Below the pieces are notes generated by a model. That model did not search any database. It was not told the origin of the DNA and saw nothing but the letters and a program-made list of their open reading frames with translations. DNA of 64,000 bases from an uncultured Planctomycetaceae bacterium (GTDB lineage Bacteria; Planctomycetota; Planctomycetia; Isosphaerales; Isosphaeraceae): positions 544,001 to 608,000 of the forward strand of contig CAWIAD010000001.1 in the NCBI GenBank assembly GCA_963833985.1. Reading direction: 5' to 3'. The position numbers and the translations under genes are program-made. Below are positions 55,626-64,000 of the stretch, piece by piece; the stretch's first letter is position 1; the number at the start of each line of letters is the position of its first letter.

Positions 55626-56210
55626 TTGCGAGTCGACGATCCGAACCTGGTACGCATCGATCCTCCAAGGTTGAGCCTGGCGGAGCGCATGTTCCTGCCG
55701 CAGATTGCCGCCGGGCTGGGTGTGACGGCCCGGCACATCGTCGGAGTCGCGTTCCGGGACAAGGCGATCACCGTGCAGTATCCCGAGGAACAGCACGTGC
55801 CCAGCCCCAATTACCGGGGCGTGCACCGGCTGAACAAGGACGAGCACGGCCGGGTGCGGTGCGTGGCGTGCATGCTCTGCGCCACGGCCTGTCCGGCCCA
55901 CTGCATCGACATCGTCGGCGCTTCGGCCCCGGCTGCCTGGCCGGACCGGGAGAAGTATCCGGAGAGCTTCGTCATCGACGAGCTGCGCTGTATCTATTGC
56001 GGCATGTGCGAGGAGGCCTGCCCCGTGGAGGCGATCGAGCTGACCGGGCTCTACGACTTGACCGGGCTGTCACGCGAGCAGATGATCTTCGACAAGACCA
56101 AGCTGTTGTCCGTCTTTGACGCCACCAGGGAGGTGGAGCCGATGAAATACGCGGCTCCTCCCGCCAGCCCCACCGCGGAAACCAGGATGCTCCCCTCGCC
56201 GCTGGACTAG
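55626..56210 (+). CDS. nuoI: NADH-quinone oxidoreductase subunit I
   Basis: CVACMLCATACP and CIYCGMCEEACP; GAGGAG before the TTG start. Confidence 0.94.
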   Translation: MRVDDPNLVRIDPPRLSLAERMFLPQIAAGLGVTARHIVGVAFRDKAITVQYPEEQHVPSPNYRGVHRLNKDEHGRVRCVACMLCATACPAHCIDIVGASAPAAWPDREKYPESFVIDELRCIYCGMCEEACPVEAIELTGLYDLTGLSREQMIFDKTKLLSVFDATREVEPMKYAAPPASPTAETRMLPSPLD

Positions 56211-56324
56211 CCCGCGGACCCCACCGGCGATGAGACCCCGCAGCGATGAGACCCCGCGCCGGACGTTCCAGAGCATGGGTCCTCACCACTCCCTGCCAGG
56301 CCTTCCCACACGACTGGACGCACG

Positions 56325-57191
56325 ATGCCTACCAGAGAACTGATTGCCGCAACGCTGGTCGTTCTGCTGGGCGCAGCGGGCAGTTATCTGCTGCTCCCCC
56401 ATCGCCACGGGGCTGCCCGCTCGCGGAACGTGCATGCGGCCGGCGCCGTCCTTGCCAGCCTGGGGCTGCTGGGCTTGCTCACGTACTTCTCCGCGCCCAG
56501 CCCGTTTCTGGCGGGAGTCTTCTTCTACCTCTTCACCATCGGGGCCCTGGTGGGCGGCCTCCTCACCGTCACCAGCCGCAACCCGATCTACAGCGCTCTC
56601 TGGTTCGCGTCGGTGGTGCTCTCCACGGCGGGCCTGTTCCTGCTGGCCGGCGCGCAGTTCCTGGCCGCGGGGAGCGTCATCGTGTACGCCGGGGCCATCA
56701 TCGTCACCTTCCTCTTCGTCATCATGCTGGCCCAGATGGAGGGCAAGGCGGTCTACGATCGCGCGGCCAGGGCTCCGGCAAGCGCCACGCTGACCTGCTT
56801 CCTGCTGTTCTGGAGCCTGCTCTATGTGCTCGGGCCGCTCCATTCCCGGCCGGCCGCGGAGGCCGTGGAAGGGGACCCCCAGCGGGCCGCCGAAAAGGCG
56901 CTCGTGCGGGGCGGCTGGATTGCCGAATCCTTCCAGCTCAAGGAAGAACACCCGGCCGGCAGGGCGCTGGCTCAGGCCTTGCGGCCAACCTCCTGGCTGC
57001 ATGACGCCGCGGGGACCGAGAAGCCGGGCGTGGCCGGACTGGGAGAATCACTCTACGCGGACCATCTGGTCACCGTCGAGCTTGCCGGGTGCCTGCTCTT
57101 CGTCGCCCTCATTGCCGCAATTACCATCGCCGGCCCGAAGCGGCCGATCCGGCCTGGACAGGGGAGAGACGCCGTGGCCGCCGAGACCTGA
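56325..57191 (+). CDS. nuoJ: NADH-quinone oxidoreductase subunit J
   Basis: NPIYSALW and VYAGAIIVTFLFVIML. Confidence 0.9.
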   Translation: MPTRELIAATLVVLLGAAGSYLLLPHRHGAARSRNVHAAGAVLASLGLLGLLTYFSAPSPFLAGVFFYLFTIGALVGGLLTVTSRNPIYSALWFASVVLSTAGLFLLAGAQFLAAGSVIVYAGAIIVTFLFVIMLAQMEGKAVYDRAARAPASATLTCFLLFWSLLYVLGPLHSRPAAEAVEGDPQRAAEKALVRGGWIAESFQLKEEHPAGRALAQALRPTSWLHDAAGTEKPGVAGLGESLYADHLVTVELAGCLLFVALIAAITIAGPKRPIRPGQGRDAVAAET

Positions 57192-57250
57192 CACAGACCG
57201 GTGCGCAGCCTGCCGCGGCCCTTTCTCATCGAGACTTTTCGAGATTCGCC

Positions 57251-57718
57251 ATGATCGAAGCATTTACACTGGACTACCTGAGAAACTACCTGCTGGCCGG
57301 CGCCGCGCTGTTCATCCTGGGGATGCTCGGCTTCCTCTCGCGGCGCAACCTGATCGTCATGTTCCTCTCGGCCGAGATGATGCTTCAGGGGACGGCGCTG
57401 TCGCTGGTGGCCTTCGGGCGTTATCACGGCAACTTCACCGGCCAGGTCTTCACGATCGTGATCCTCACGGTCGCGGCCTGCGAGGCGTCCATCGCGCTGG
57501 CGCTGGTGGTGGTCCTGTACAACCGGAAATCCTCGCTCGATGTGACGTTGTGGCAGGACATCCGCGAGGAGGGGGTGCCCCCGACCGCGGTACTGAGAGA
57601 GGAGTCCGAGGCCGAGCCGATCGAGCCGGCGCCCGGGCCCGAATCGTATCCGGTTCTCACTCCGGCGGGTATCGAGCCAGTTCATCCCGTCGAGCCCTGG
57701 CTCGAGCGGCGGCGCTGA
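57251..57718 (+). CDS. nuoK: NADH-quinone oxidoreductase subunit K (acidic C-terminal extension)
   Basis: RRNLIVMFLSAEMM and VAACEASIALA. Confidence 0.92.
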   Translation: MIEAFTLDYLRNYLLAGAALFILGMLGFLSRRNLIVMFLSAEMMLQGTALSLVAFGRYHGNFTGQVFTIVILTVAACEASIALALVVVLYNRKSSLDVTLWQDIREEGVPPTAVLREESEAEPIEPAPGPESYPVLTPAGIEPVHPVEPWLERRR

Positions 57719-57731
57719 TAAGGAGCGAGGC

Positions 57732-59785
57732 GTGTCTGGTTTCTTCGTGCACAATGTCTGGATGATTCCGTGCCTGCCTCTGCTGGGCGCCGCCGTGGCG
57801 GCCCTGGGCGCCCGCCGGCTGCGCGCAGCGCCCACCTGCCGGTGGTGGCGGGCATCGCCCTGGCCTTTCTCATGTCCTGCGGCGCCCTGTACTCGGCGGG
57901 GCCCGAGACGACCACGGTGGCCGCGCGCTGGCTGGCGATCAGCAACCTGGAAATCCCCCTGGAGTTCCGGGTCGACGGGCTGACCACGATGATGCTGGCC
58001 ATGGTCACCTTCGTGTCGACGCTGGTGGCCGTCTTCGCCGCCGGCTACATGGCCGGAGATCCCGGCTACCCCCGTTTCTTCGCGCTCATCGGGCTCTTCG
58101 TCTTCTCGATGACGGGGCTCGTGCTCTCGAACAACTACCTGCTCACCTACGGCTTCTGGGAGGGCGTGGGCGTTTGCAGCTATCTGCTCATCGGCTTCTG
58201 GCATACCCGGCCGGCGGCCGCGACGGCGGCGATGAAGGCTTTCCTGGTGAACCGGATCGGTGACTTCGGCTTCGCGATCGCCATCTTCTGGCTCTGGGAC
58301 TTGGTGCCGGGCCACGACCTGAGCTACGGCAATGTGCTCGCCGGTGAGACCCTGGCGGGGCTGCCCGCGTCTGCCAGGGTCGGCATCCCGCTGCTGCTCT
58401 TCTGGGCCGCCACCGCCAAGAGCGCGCAGATCCCGCTTTACGTCTGGCTGCCCGACGCGATGGAGGGCCCCACGCCGGTCTCGGCCCTGATCCACGCCGC
58501 CACCATGGTCACCGCGGGGGTGTATCTGATCGCCCGGTCCGCTCCGCTGGTGGCCCTGGCCCCGGGTGTGCAGGTGCTGATCGCCGTCACCGGCTGTGCC
58601 ACGGCCCTGCTCTCGGCGTCGATCGCCCTGACGCAGAACGACCTCAAGCGGGTGATGGCCTACTCGACGGTCAGCCAGCTTGGCTACATGTTCATGGCGC
58701 TCGGTGCCGGCGTGGGGAACGTGGCCCAACTCGCGGTCACGGCGGCGATGTTCCACCTGTTCACCCACGCGTTCTTCAAGGCGCTACTCTTCCTGGCGTC
58801 CGGCAGCGTTATGCACGCGATGGGCGACGTGATCGACATGCGGCGCTTCGGCGGCCTGCGGCACCGGCTGCCCTACACGCACCTGACGTTCGCCGTCGGC
58901 GGCCTGGCGCTGGCCGGCATCTTCCCCTTCGCCGGTTTCTTCAGCAAGGACGAGATCCTGATGGCGCTCAGGTCCGCCGCGCACGACCCGGCCGGCCAGC
59001 CGTGGGGCGGGGTCTACCTGGCGGTCTACTGGGTGGCGATCATCACGGTACTGATGACGGCCTTCTACACGGCCCGCGCCTACTTCATGACCTTCTGGGG
59101 CCCGGACAAGCTGCCCAGCCCGAACGACCCCGAGGCGCCTGCGGCGGAGCCCGGTTCGGGTCACGGCGATCAGGAGGCGCACGCTCCCCGGCAGGACGAG
59201 ACTCATGCCCATGGAGACTCGCACGGGCACGGCCACGGGCACGGCCACGTCGGAGAGGAATCGCCCCCCGTGATGACCTATCCGCTGCTGGTCCTGGCGG
59301 GCTGTGCCGTGCTGGCCGGACTGCTCTTCGGGCCGACCGGACTGTTCGAGCATCACCTTCGCGAGACGCTGGGATGGGACCTGTTGGGCGAGGCCGAGCA
59401 CGGCGCGGACCTGGCCACGGCGGTCATCAGCACGCTCGCGGCGCTCCTGGGCATTGGCGTGGCCTACCGGCTCTACGCCGCGCCCAGCCCCGTGCCGGGC
59501 CGCCTGGCGGATCGGTTCCGGCCGCTCTACCTGGCGTCGCTGCACAAGTTCTACGTGGACGAGGTTTACGATTGGGTTGTCGTCAAGAGCACCCGGGCGA
59601 TCGCCGTGGTCTGCGAGTTCCTGGATATCTACCTGGTTGACCAGCTTGTCGTGGGCATCGCCCGGCTTCCCCGCAAGCTGGGCAAGGATCTGCTGGCGGG
59701 TTACCAGAACGGCCTGATCCAGTTTTATGCGGCCGCCTCGGCGCTGGGCGTGGCCGTGCTCCTGTTGATCTTGTTGTTGTTTTGA
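57732..59785 (+). CDS. nuoL: NADH-quinone oxidoreductase subunit L (frameshift near 57828)
   Basis: WEGVG, KSAQIPL..WLPDAMEGPTPVSALIHAATMV, YSTVSQLG and HAFFKALLF. Confidence 0.94.
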
Positions 59786-59822
59786 GCGCGGCGCGGTCCG
59801 GCCGGGCGTGGACGAGGGATGA

Positions 59823-61514
59823 TTGATGGCGACACTCCTGCTGATGACGGTTCTCTTGCCCCTGCTCGGCGCAGTCGGGCTGTTCGCAGCGCCCCGGCTG
59901 GACCGGAGCATGGCGCGAAGCGTTGCTCTGGGGTGCACGCTGGTCACGATGGGCTTCAGCCTGATTCTCCTGTGGTCATTCCGCACCGGAGTGCTGGCCC
60001 CGCAATTCGCCTTCTCGAGCGCGACCGGATCGTACGGCCTGCGCTGGCTTGTCCGGCCGGACATTCGCTTCGCACTGGGGCTGGACGGGCTCTCGCTCTG
60101 GCTCTTCCTGCTCACCGGGCTGCTCATGATCACGGCCGTGCTGTCTTCGTGGGAGGCGGTCAGCGAGCGTCCTGCGTTGTACTACGGGTTCCTGCTGCTG
60201 CTTGAAACCGGTCTGCTCGGGCTCTTCGCCAGCCTGGACGTGGTGCTCTTTTATGTGTTCTTCGAGTTCACGTTGATTCCGCTTTTCTTCCTGATTGGCC
60301 TCTGGGGAGGTCCCCAGCGGCAGCGGGCCTCGATCATGTTCTTCCTGTACACGCTCGCGGGTAGCCTGCTGACCCTGCTGGGCGTGATTGCCCTGGTGGT
60401 GGTCCATTACAAGTACTCGCCCGGGCACGTTCTCACCTTCTCGATTCCTGAGCTGACGCGGGGGCTGGCCACGCTTCCCTGGCCGCGCTGGCACGAGGTC
60501 GGGTCGATCTCGAGCCCGCAGGTGCTGATCTTCCTGCTGTTGCTGGCGGGCTTCGCCATCAAGGTGCCGATGTTCCCGTTCCACACGTGGCTGCCGCTGG
60601 CGCACGTGGAGGCGCCCACGGCCGGCTCGATCATCCTTGCCGGCGTCTTGCTGAAGGTGGGCAGTTACGGGCTCTTGCGGTTCAACATGGCGATGACGCC
60701 GCTGGGCGCCGTGAGCCTGTTTCCCTTGCTGGCATCGCTGGCGGTCATCGGCATCATCTACGGCGCACTCGTCGCCCTGGCGCAGAGCGACATGAAACGG
60801 CTCGTGGCGTACAGTTCGGTGAGCCACATGGGCTTCATCGTGCTGGGCATGTTCGCCATGAACAGCACCGGCCTCGACGGCTCGGTGATCCAGATGGTCA
60901 ACCACGGGCTCACGACCGGGGCGCTGTTCGCCTGTGTGGGGGTGCTCTACGAGCGTTACCACACGCGCGAGATGAGCGAAATTGGCGGTATCTGGAACAA
61001 GCTGCCCGTGCTGGCCTTCTTCTTCATTCTCTCGGCGCTGGGATCAGCGGCGCTGCCAGGGCTGAACGGGTTCGTGGGTGAGTTTCCCATCCTGGTGGGC
61101 ATGTTCGGCACGAGCCCGCGGGCCGCGGTGCTCGGGGCGACGGGAATGATCCTGGGTGCCTGCTACCTGCTCTGGATGCTCCGCAAGGTGGTCTTCGGCC
61201 CGCTGCACGAGCCGGCCGAGCACGATCACGCCGAGGGACCGGGTGAGCACTCCAGGGGTGGCCACACGGCGGTTCAACCAGTGGGCTGGCATGAGATTGC
61301 TGCGCTGACGCCGCTCATGGTCCTGATCGTCCTGATCGGCGTCGTCCCCGGCCCGTTTCTTGACCGGATCCGTCCCACGGTGGGAGAGATCGACAGGAAC
61401 ATCCAGCAGCAGCGCGGCGTGATGAAGGTCGCGGACGCGAGCGGGGCTGAGCCGACGACGAGCATCCACACTCCGCGGCGAGGTGCACCGAAGGTTTCCG
61501 GGGGAACTCCTTGA
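59823..61514 (+). CDS. nuoM: NADH-quinone oxidoreductase subunit M
   Basis: KVPMFPFHTWLPLAHVEAP, AYSSVSHMG and LPGLNGFVGE. Confidence 0.95.
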   Translation: MMATLLLMTVLLPLLGAVGLFAAPRLDRSMARSVALGCTLVTMGFSLILLWSFRTGVLAPQFAFSSATGSYGLRWLVRPDIRFALGLDGLSLWLFLLTGLLMITAVLSSWEAVSERPALYYGFLLLLETGLLGLFASLDVVLFYVFFEFTLIPLFFLIGLWGGPQRQRASIMFFLYTLAGSLLTLLGVIALVVVHYKYSPGHVLTFSIPELTRGLATLPWPRWHEVGSISSPQVLIFLLLLAGFAIKVPMFPFHTWLPLAHVEAPTAGSIILAGVLLKVGSYGLLRFNMAMTPLGAVSLFPLLASLAVIGIIYGALVALAQSDMKRLVAYSSVSHMGFIVLGMFAMNSTGLDGSVIQMVNHGLTTGALFACVGVLYERYHTREMSEIGGIWNKLPVLAFFFILSALGSAALPGLNGFVGEFPILVGMFGTSPRAAVLGATGMILGACYLLWMLRKVVFGPLHEPAEHDHAEGPGEHSRGGHTAVQPVGWHEIAALTPLMVLIVLIGVVPGPFLDRIRPTVGEIDRNIQQQRGVMKVADASGAEPTTSIHTPRRGAPKVSGGTP

Positions 61515-63121
61515 TGATCGCGCAGACCGCGTTCGAAGCTGTGCAGCGCACGCTCCTGATCCTGACCCCCGAGTTCATCCTGCTGGCCGCAAGCGTGGCC
61601 ATGATGACGGCCGCCCCGTTCGTCCACTGGCCCCGGCGGACCTGGTGCGCGGCCGCGGCCGGGGCCGTTTTCGCCGCCCTGGTGGCGTTGCTGGCGGTTG
61701 CGCGGCTGCGCACCGATCCTTACGCCGGAGTGGTGCTGAACGATGCTCTGGCCTTCTACGGCCGCCTGACGGTGCTGCTGGGCGGACTGGTGCTGCTGGC
61801 TCTGGCGCACGATGAGCCAGCCGATTCGCTCGCCGGCGAATTCTTCGGCGCACTGCTCATGGTCCACGCGGGGGCAATGCTGGTGACCTCGGCCAACGAG
61901 CTGGTCTTCCTGTTCGTGGGCCTTGAGCTGGTGAGCATTCCCACCTACATGCTGCTGTACCTCTCGCGGCGTTCCGTCGCCACACAGGAAACCGCGACCA
62001 AGTACTTTTACCTGAGCATCTTCTCGTCGGGCATCCTGCTCTTCGGGCTGGCCTATCTTTACGGCCTGGCCGGAGTCAGCAACCTCAAGGCGCTGGCAAC
62101 GCTGTCCTGGTACCTACCGTCGATCCCGCATCCGCAGCTCGGGCTGATCGCGGTGGTCTTCGTCCTGGCGGGGCTCAGCTTCCGGGTGGCCGCGGTACCG
62201 TTCCACTTTTACGCGCCCGATGTTTACCAGGAGTCGCCCACGGCCCTGGCCGCCTTGCTGTCCTGGGTGCCAAAGGGAGTGGGCTTCGTGGCCATGGTGC
62301 GGGTGCTCACCGCGGTGATCTCGGTGAAGGGGCCGGACGACCCGCTGGTGCAGAAGGCCGTGATGATTTCCTGGATCGTGGCCGCGGCCACCATGATCCT
62401 GGGCAACGCGATGGCGCTCTTGCAGAACAACCTGAAGCGGCTGCTGGCCTACTCGTCGATCGCGCACGCCGGCTACCTGATGATGGGTGTGACGGTTGCA
62501 TTTGCCAATGGAGCGAGTAGTACCTCGTTTTATTACGGTTGCGAGGGCATCTTCTTCTACCTGGCGGCCTACGGGCTGATGACGCTGGGCGCGTTCGGCG
62601 TGATCATCGCACTTGAGACCTCAGGGCGCCAGGTGCAGACGGTCGACGAGCTGGCGGGGCTGGGCAGCACGCAGCCGTGGCCGGCACTGGCGCTGGCCTT
62701 CTGTCTTCTGAGCCTCAGCGGCATCCCACCGCTCGCGGGTTTCTGGGGCAAGCTGGAAATCTTCGCCTCGTGCTTCGCCGTGAACCCCGAGGAGACGACC
62801 GGCCCGTTCACGATTCTGGCCGTGATCGGCGTGCTGAACGCGGCCGCCGGCGCCTATTACTACCTGCGGATCATCGTCGCGATGTATCTGCGACCGGCGC
62901 GCCAGCCGGTGCAGGCGCGCGGTGGCTGGCCGCTGGCGCTGGCGGTGGGCGCCTGCGCCTCGCTGTCGCTGCTCCTGGGCCTTTTCCCCGCGCCGCTCGC
63001 CAGGGCCTCCCGGGCGGCTGCGGTGGCGGCCATCGAATACGTCCCGGCAGAGTCCGGTCCGGCGACGATCGCACGCATGGATAGCCAGGCCACGGGGCAC
63101 CCTCACCGAACGCCTCGTTGA
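61514..63121 (+). CDS. nuoN: NADH-quinone oxidoreductase subunit N
   Basis: VPFHFYAPDVY, KRLLAYSSIAHAG and GIPPLAGFWGK. Confidence 0.94.
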   Translation: MIAQTAFEAVQRTLLILTPEFILLAASVAMMTAAPFVHWPRRTWCAAAAGAVFAALVALLAVARLRTDPYAGVVLNDALAFYGRLTVLLGGLVLLALAHDEPADSLAGEFFGALLMVHAGAMLVTSANELVFLFVGLELVSIPTYMLLYLSRRSVATQETATKYFYLSIFSSGILLFGLAYLYGLAGVSNLKALATLSWYLPSIPHPQLGLIAVVFVLAGLSFRVAAVPFHFYAPDVYQESPTALAALLSWVPKGVGFVAMVRVLTAVISVKGPDDPLVQKAVMISWIVAAATMILGNAMALLQNNLKRLLAYSSIAHAGYLMMGVTVAFANGASSTSFYYGCEGIFFYLAAYGLMTLGAFGVIIALETSGRQVQTVDELAGLGSTQPWPALALAFCLLSLSGIPPLAGFWGKLEIFASCFAVNPEETTGPFTILAVIGVLNAAAGAYYYLRIIVAMYLRPARQPVQARGGWPLALAVGACASLSLLLGLFPAPLARASRAAAVAAIEYVPAESGPATIARMDSQATGHPHRTPR

Positions 63122-63365
63122 TCGCCGTTGGGGCCGCGATTATCCTGAAGCGCCAGGTAAACTCGAATTCAGGCGGCCGTGGAATGGCCCTTCCGCGGCG
63201 GAGCGCATTCCGCAGTGCCCTGCGCAGCGGTTTCCAGAAGGGTGCAGCGTCCGGCTGGCAGGCGGCCAGCCAGTTCCGTTCGGGTACCGATCATGGTCAT
63301 CACAACGAACCTGCGTGGGGCGGCAAGCCCGATGGCCCTGGACGCGGCCCGGGATCCATGAAGCA

Positions 63366-64000
63366 ATGGACGGGAACCTCAGAGACCTGACCGACCACAC
63401 GCTCGCCGCGGAGTACAGGGCACTCTGGGAAAACAGCAGCGCTCCCCCGGACGTGCTCCAGTTCCTCGCCGGCCGCCCCGCCGTGCCAGCCCCCGAGCGG
63501 CTTGACCTGCTGCGGATCGACCAGCATTTCCGCTGGATGCGCGGAGAACCTCGGCCGCTTCAGGCTTATCTCAAAGAATTCCCGGAAATCGCCGTGCGTC
63601 CGGAGCTGGTCCGGCTGCTCATTGCCAGCGACCAGGAAAGCCGCAAGGAGTCCGGCGCCGGGCCGTTTCACCTGCTCGAGGGCGTGGAGGAGATTCACCC
63701 ATCACGCGCCCGGACCCTCGTGATGGGCAGCCATGCCAGCCTCGAGACAATGACTGAAGACGAGGTGACGCCGGCGGGTCGTTCGTCGACCGCTTCGTAC
63801 CAGCCAGTGCCCGTGGCCAGAGGCGGCATGCAGGAGGCGGTCACCCGGTCGGCCAGCCGGTCCGGGCCATCGCTCGGTTTTGATCTCGACTCCTCGGTGG
63901 AGGCTCTCTCCGAGGCCGAGACGCTGCCGCCCATGCTCGGGAACGTTCGTTTCACCTTGCTCCGGCGGCTCGGCGCGGGCGGCATGGGCGTGGTCTTCGA
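63366..64000 (+). CDS. Ser/Thr protein kinase, N-terminal part (runs off the window)
   Basis: Open frame from ATG 63366: 'LLRIDQHFRW.RGE....AYL.EFPE' pre-kinase region, ending at RFTLLRRLGAGGMGVVF. Confidence 0.8.
   Translation, partial: MDGNLRDLTDHTLAAEYRALWENSSAPPDVLQFLAGRPAVPAPERLDLLRIDQHFRWMRGEPRPLQAYLKEFPEIAVRPELVRLLIASDQESRKESGAGPFHLLEGVEEIHPSRARTLVMGSHASLETMTEDEVTPAGRSSTASYQPVPVARGGMQEAVTRSASRSGPSLGFDLDSSVEALSEAETLPPMLGNVRFTLLRRLGAGGMGVVF

Noticed and set aside
56228..56258. Short direct repeat GCGATGAGACCCCGC x2 between nuoI and nuoJ
   Set aside because: Two 15-bp copies only, not seen elsewhere; probably a slippage duplication
59160..59250. His-rich insert in NuoL as a novel metal-binding module
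   Set aside because: His-rich loops at this position are common in NuoL
49589..59785. Programmed frameshifting or pseudogenisation of nuoE/H/L
   Set aside because: No slippery-site pattern was seen, and the same indel type occurs across unrelated genes; assembly error is simpler

Overview
High-GC (roughly two-thirds G+C) bacterial chromosome window. It is most likely from a planctomycete of the Isosphaeraceae type, inferred from an 'RLESRTLLS' N-terminal motif, a 'GDAPCPxCGHLLW' Zn-ribbon protein, a CRTAC1/ASPIC protein and Ser/Thr kinases. Housekeeping content: an ABC transporter, a multi-PDZ protein, a Ser/Thr kinase, glgP, a PAS hybrid kinase / His kinase / receiver-PP2C cluster, an EfpL(YeiP)-type EF-P, ahcY, a DUF1015 protein, rnr, two Hsp20 genes under a sigma54-type promoter, several secreted enzymes, and a complete nuoA-N complex I operon. 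About 15 genes are split by single-base indels, including nuoE/H/L, which points to long-read assembly error rather than real pseudogenes. Main points of interest: (1) a low-GC two-gene cassette (DUF3990/ADP-ribosyltransferase-like gene plus a small partner) inside the nuo operon between nuoE and nuoF, with a duplicated leader/operator hit by two MITE-like elements; (2) two MITE-like families that carry REP-type hairpins, each present twice, with one empty site reconstructable; (3) a secreted protein made of 18-aa Asn/Tyr/Gly/Gln repeats (amyloid or beta-solenoid candidate); (4) a small RHH-like ORF with a palindromic operator directly upstream of ahcY. All assignments come from motif recognition by eye; no database searches were run.
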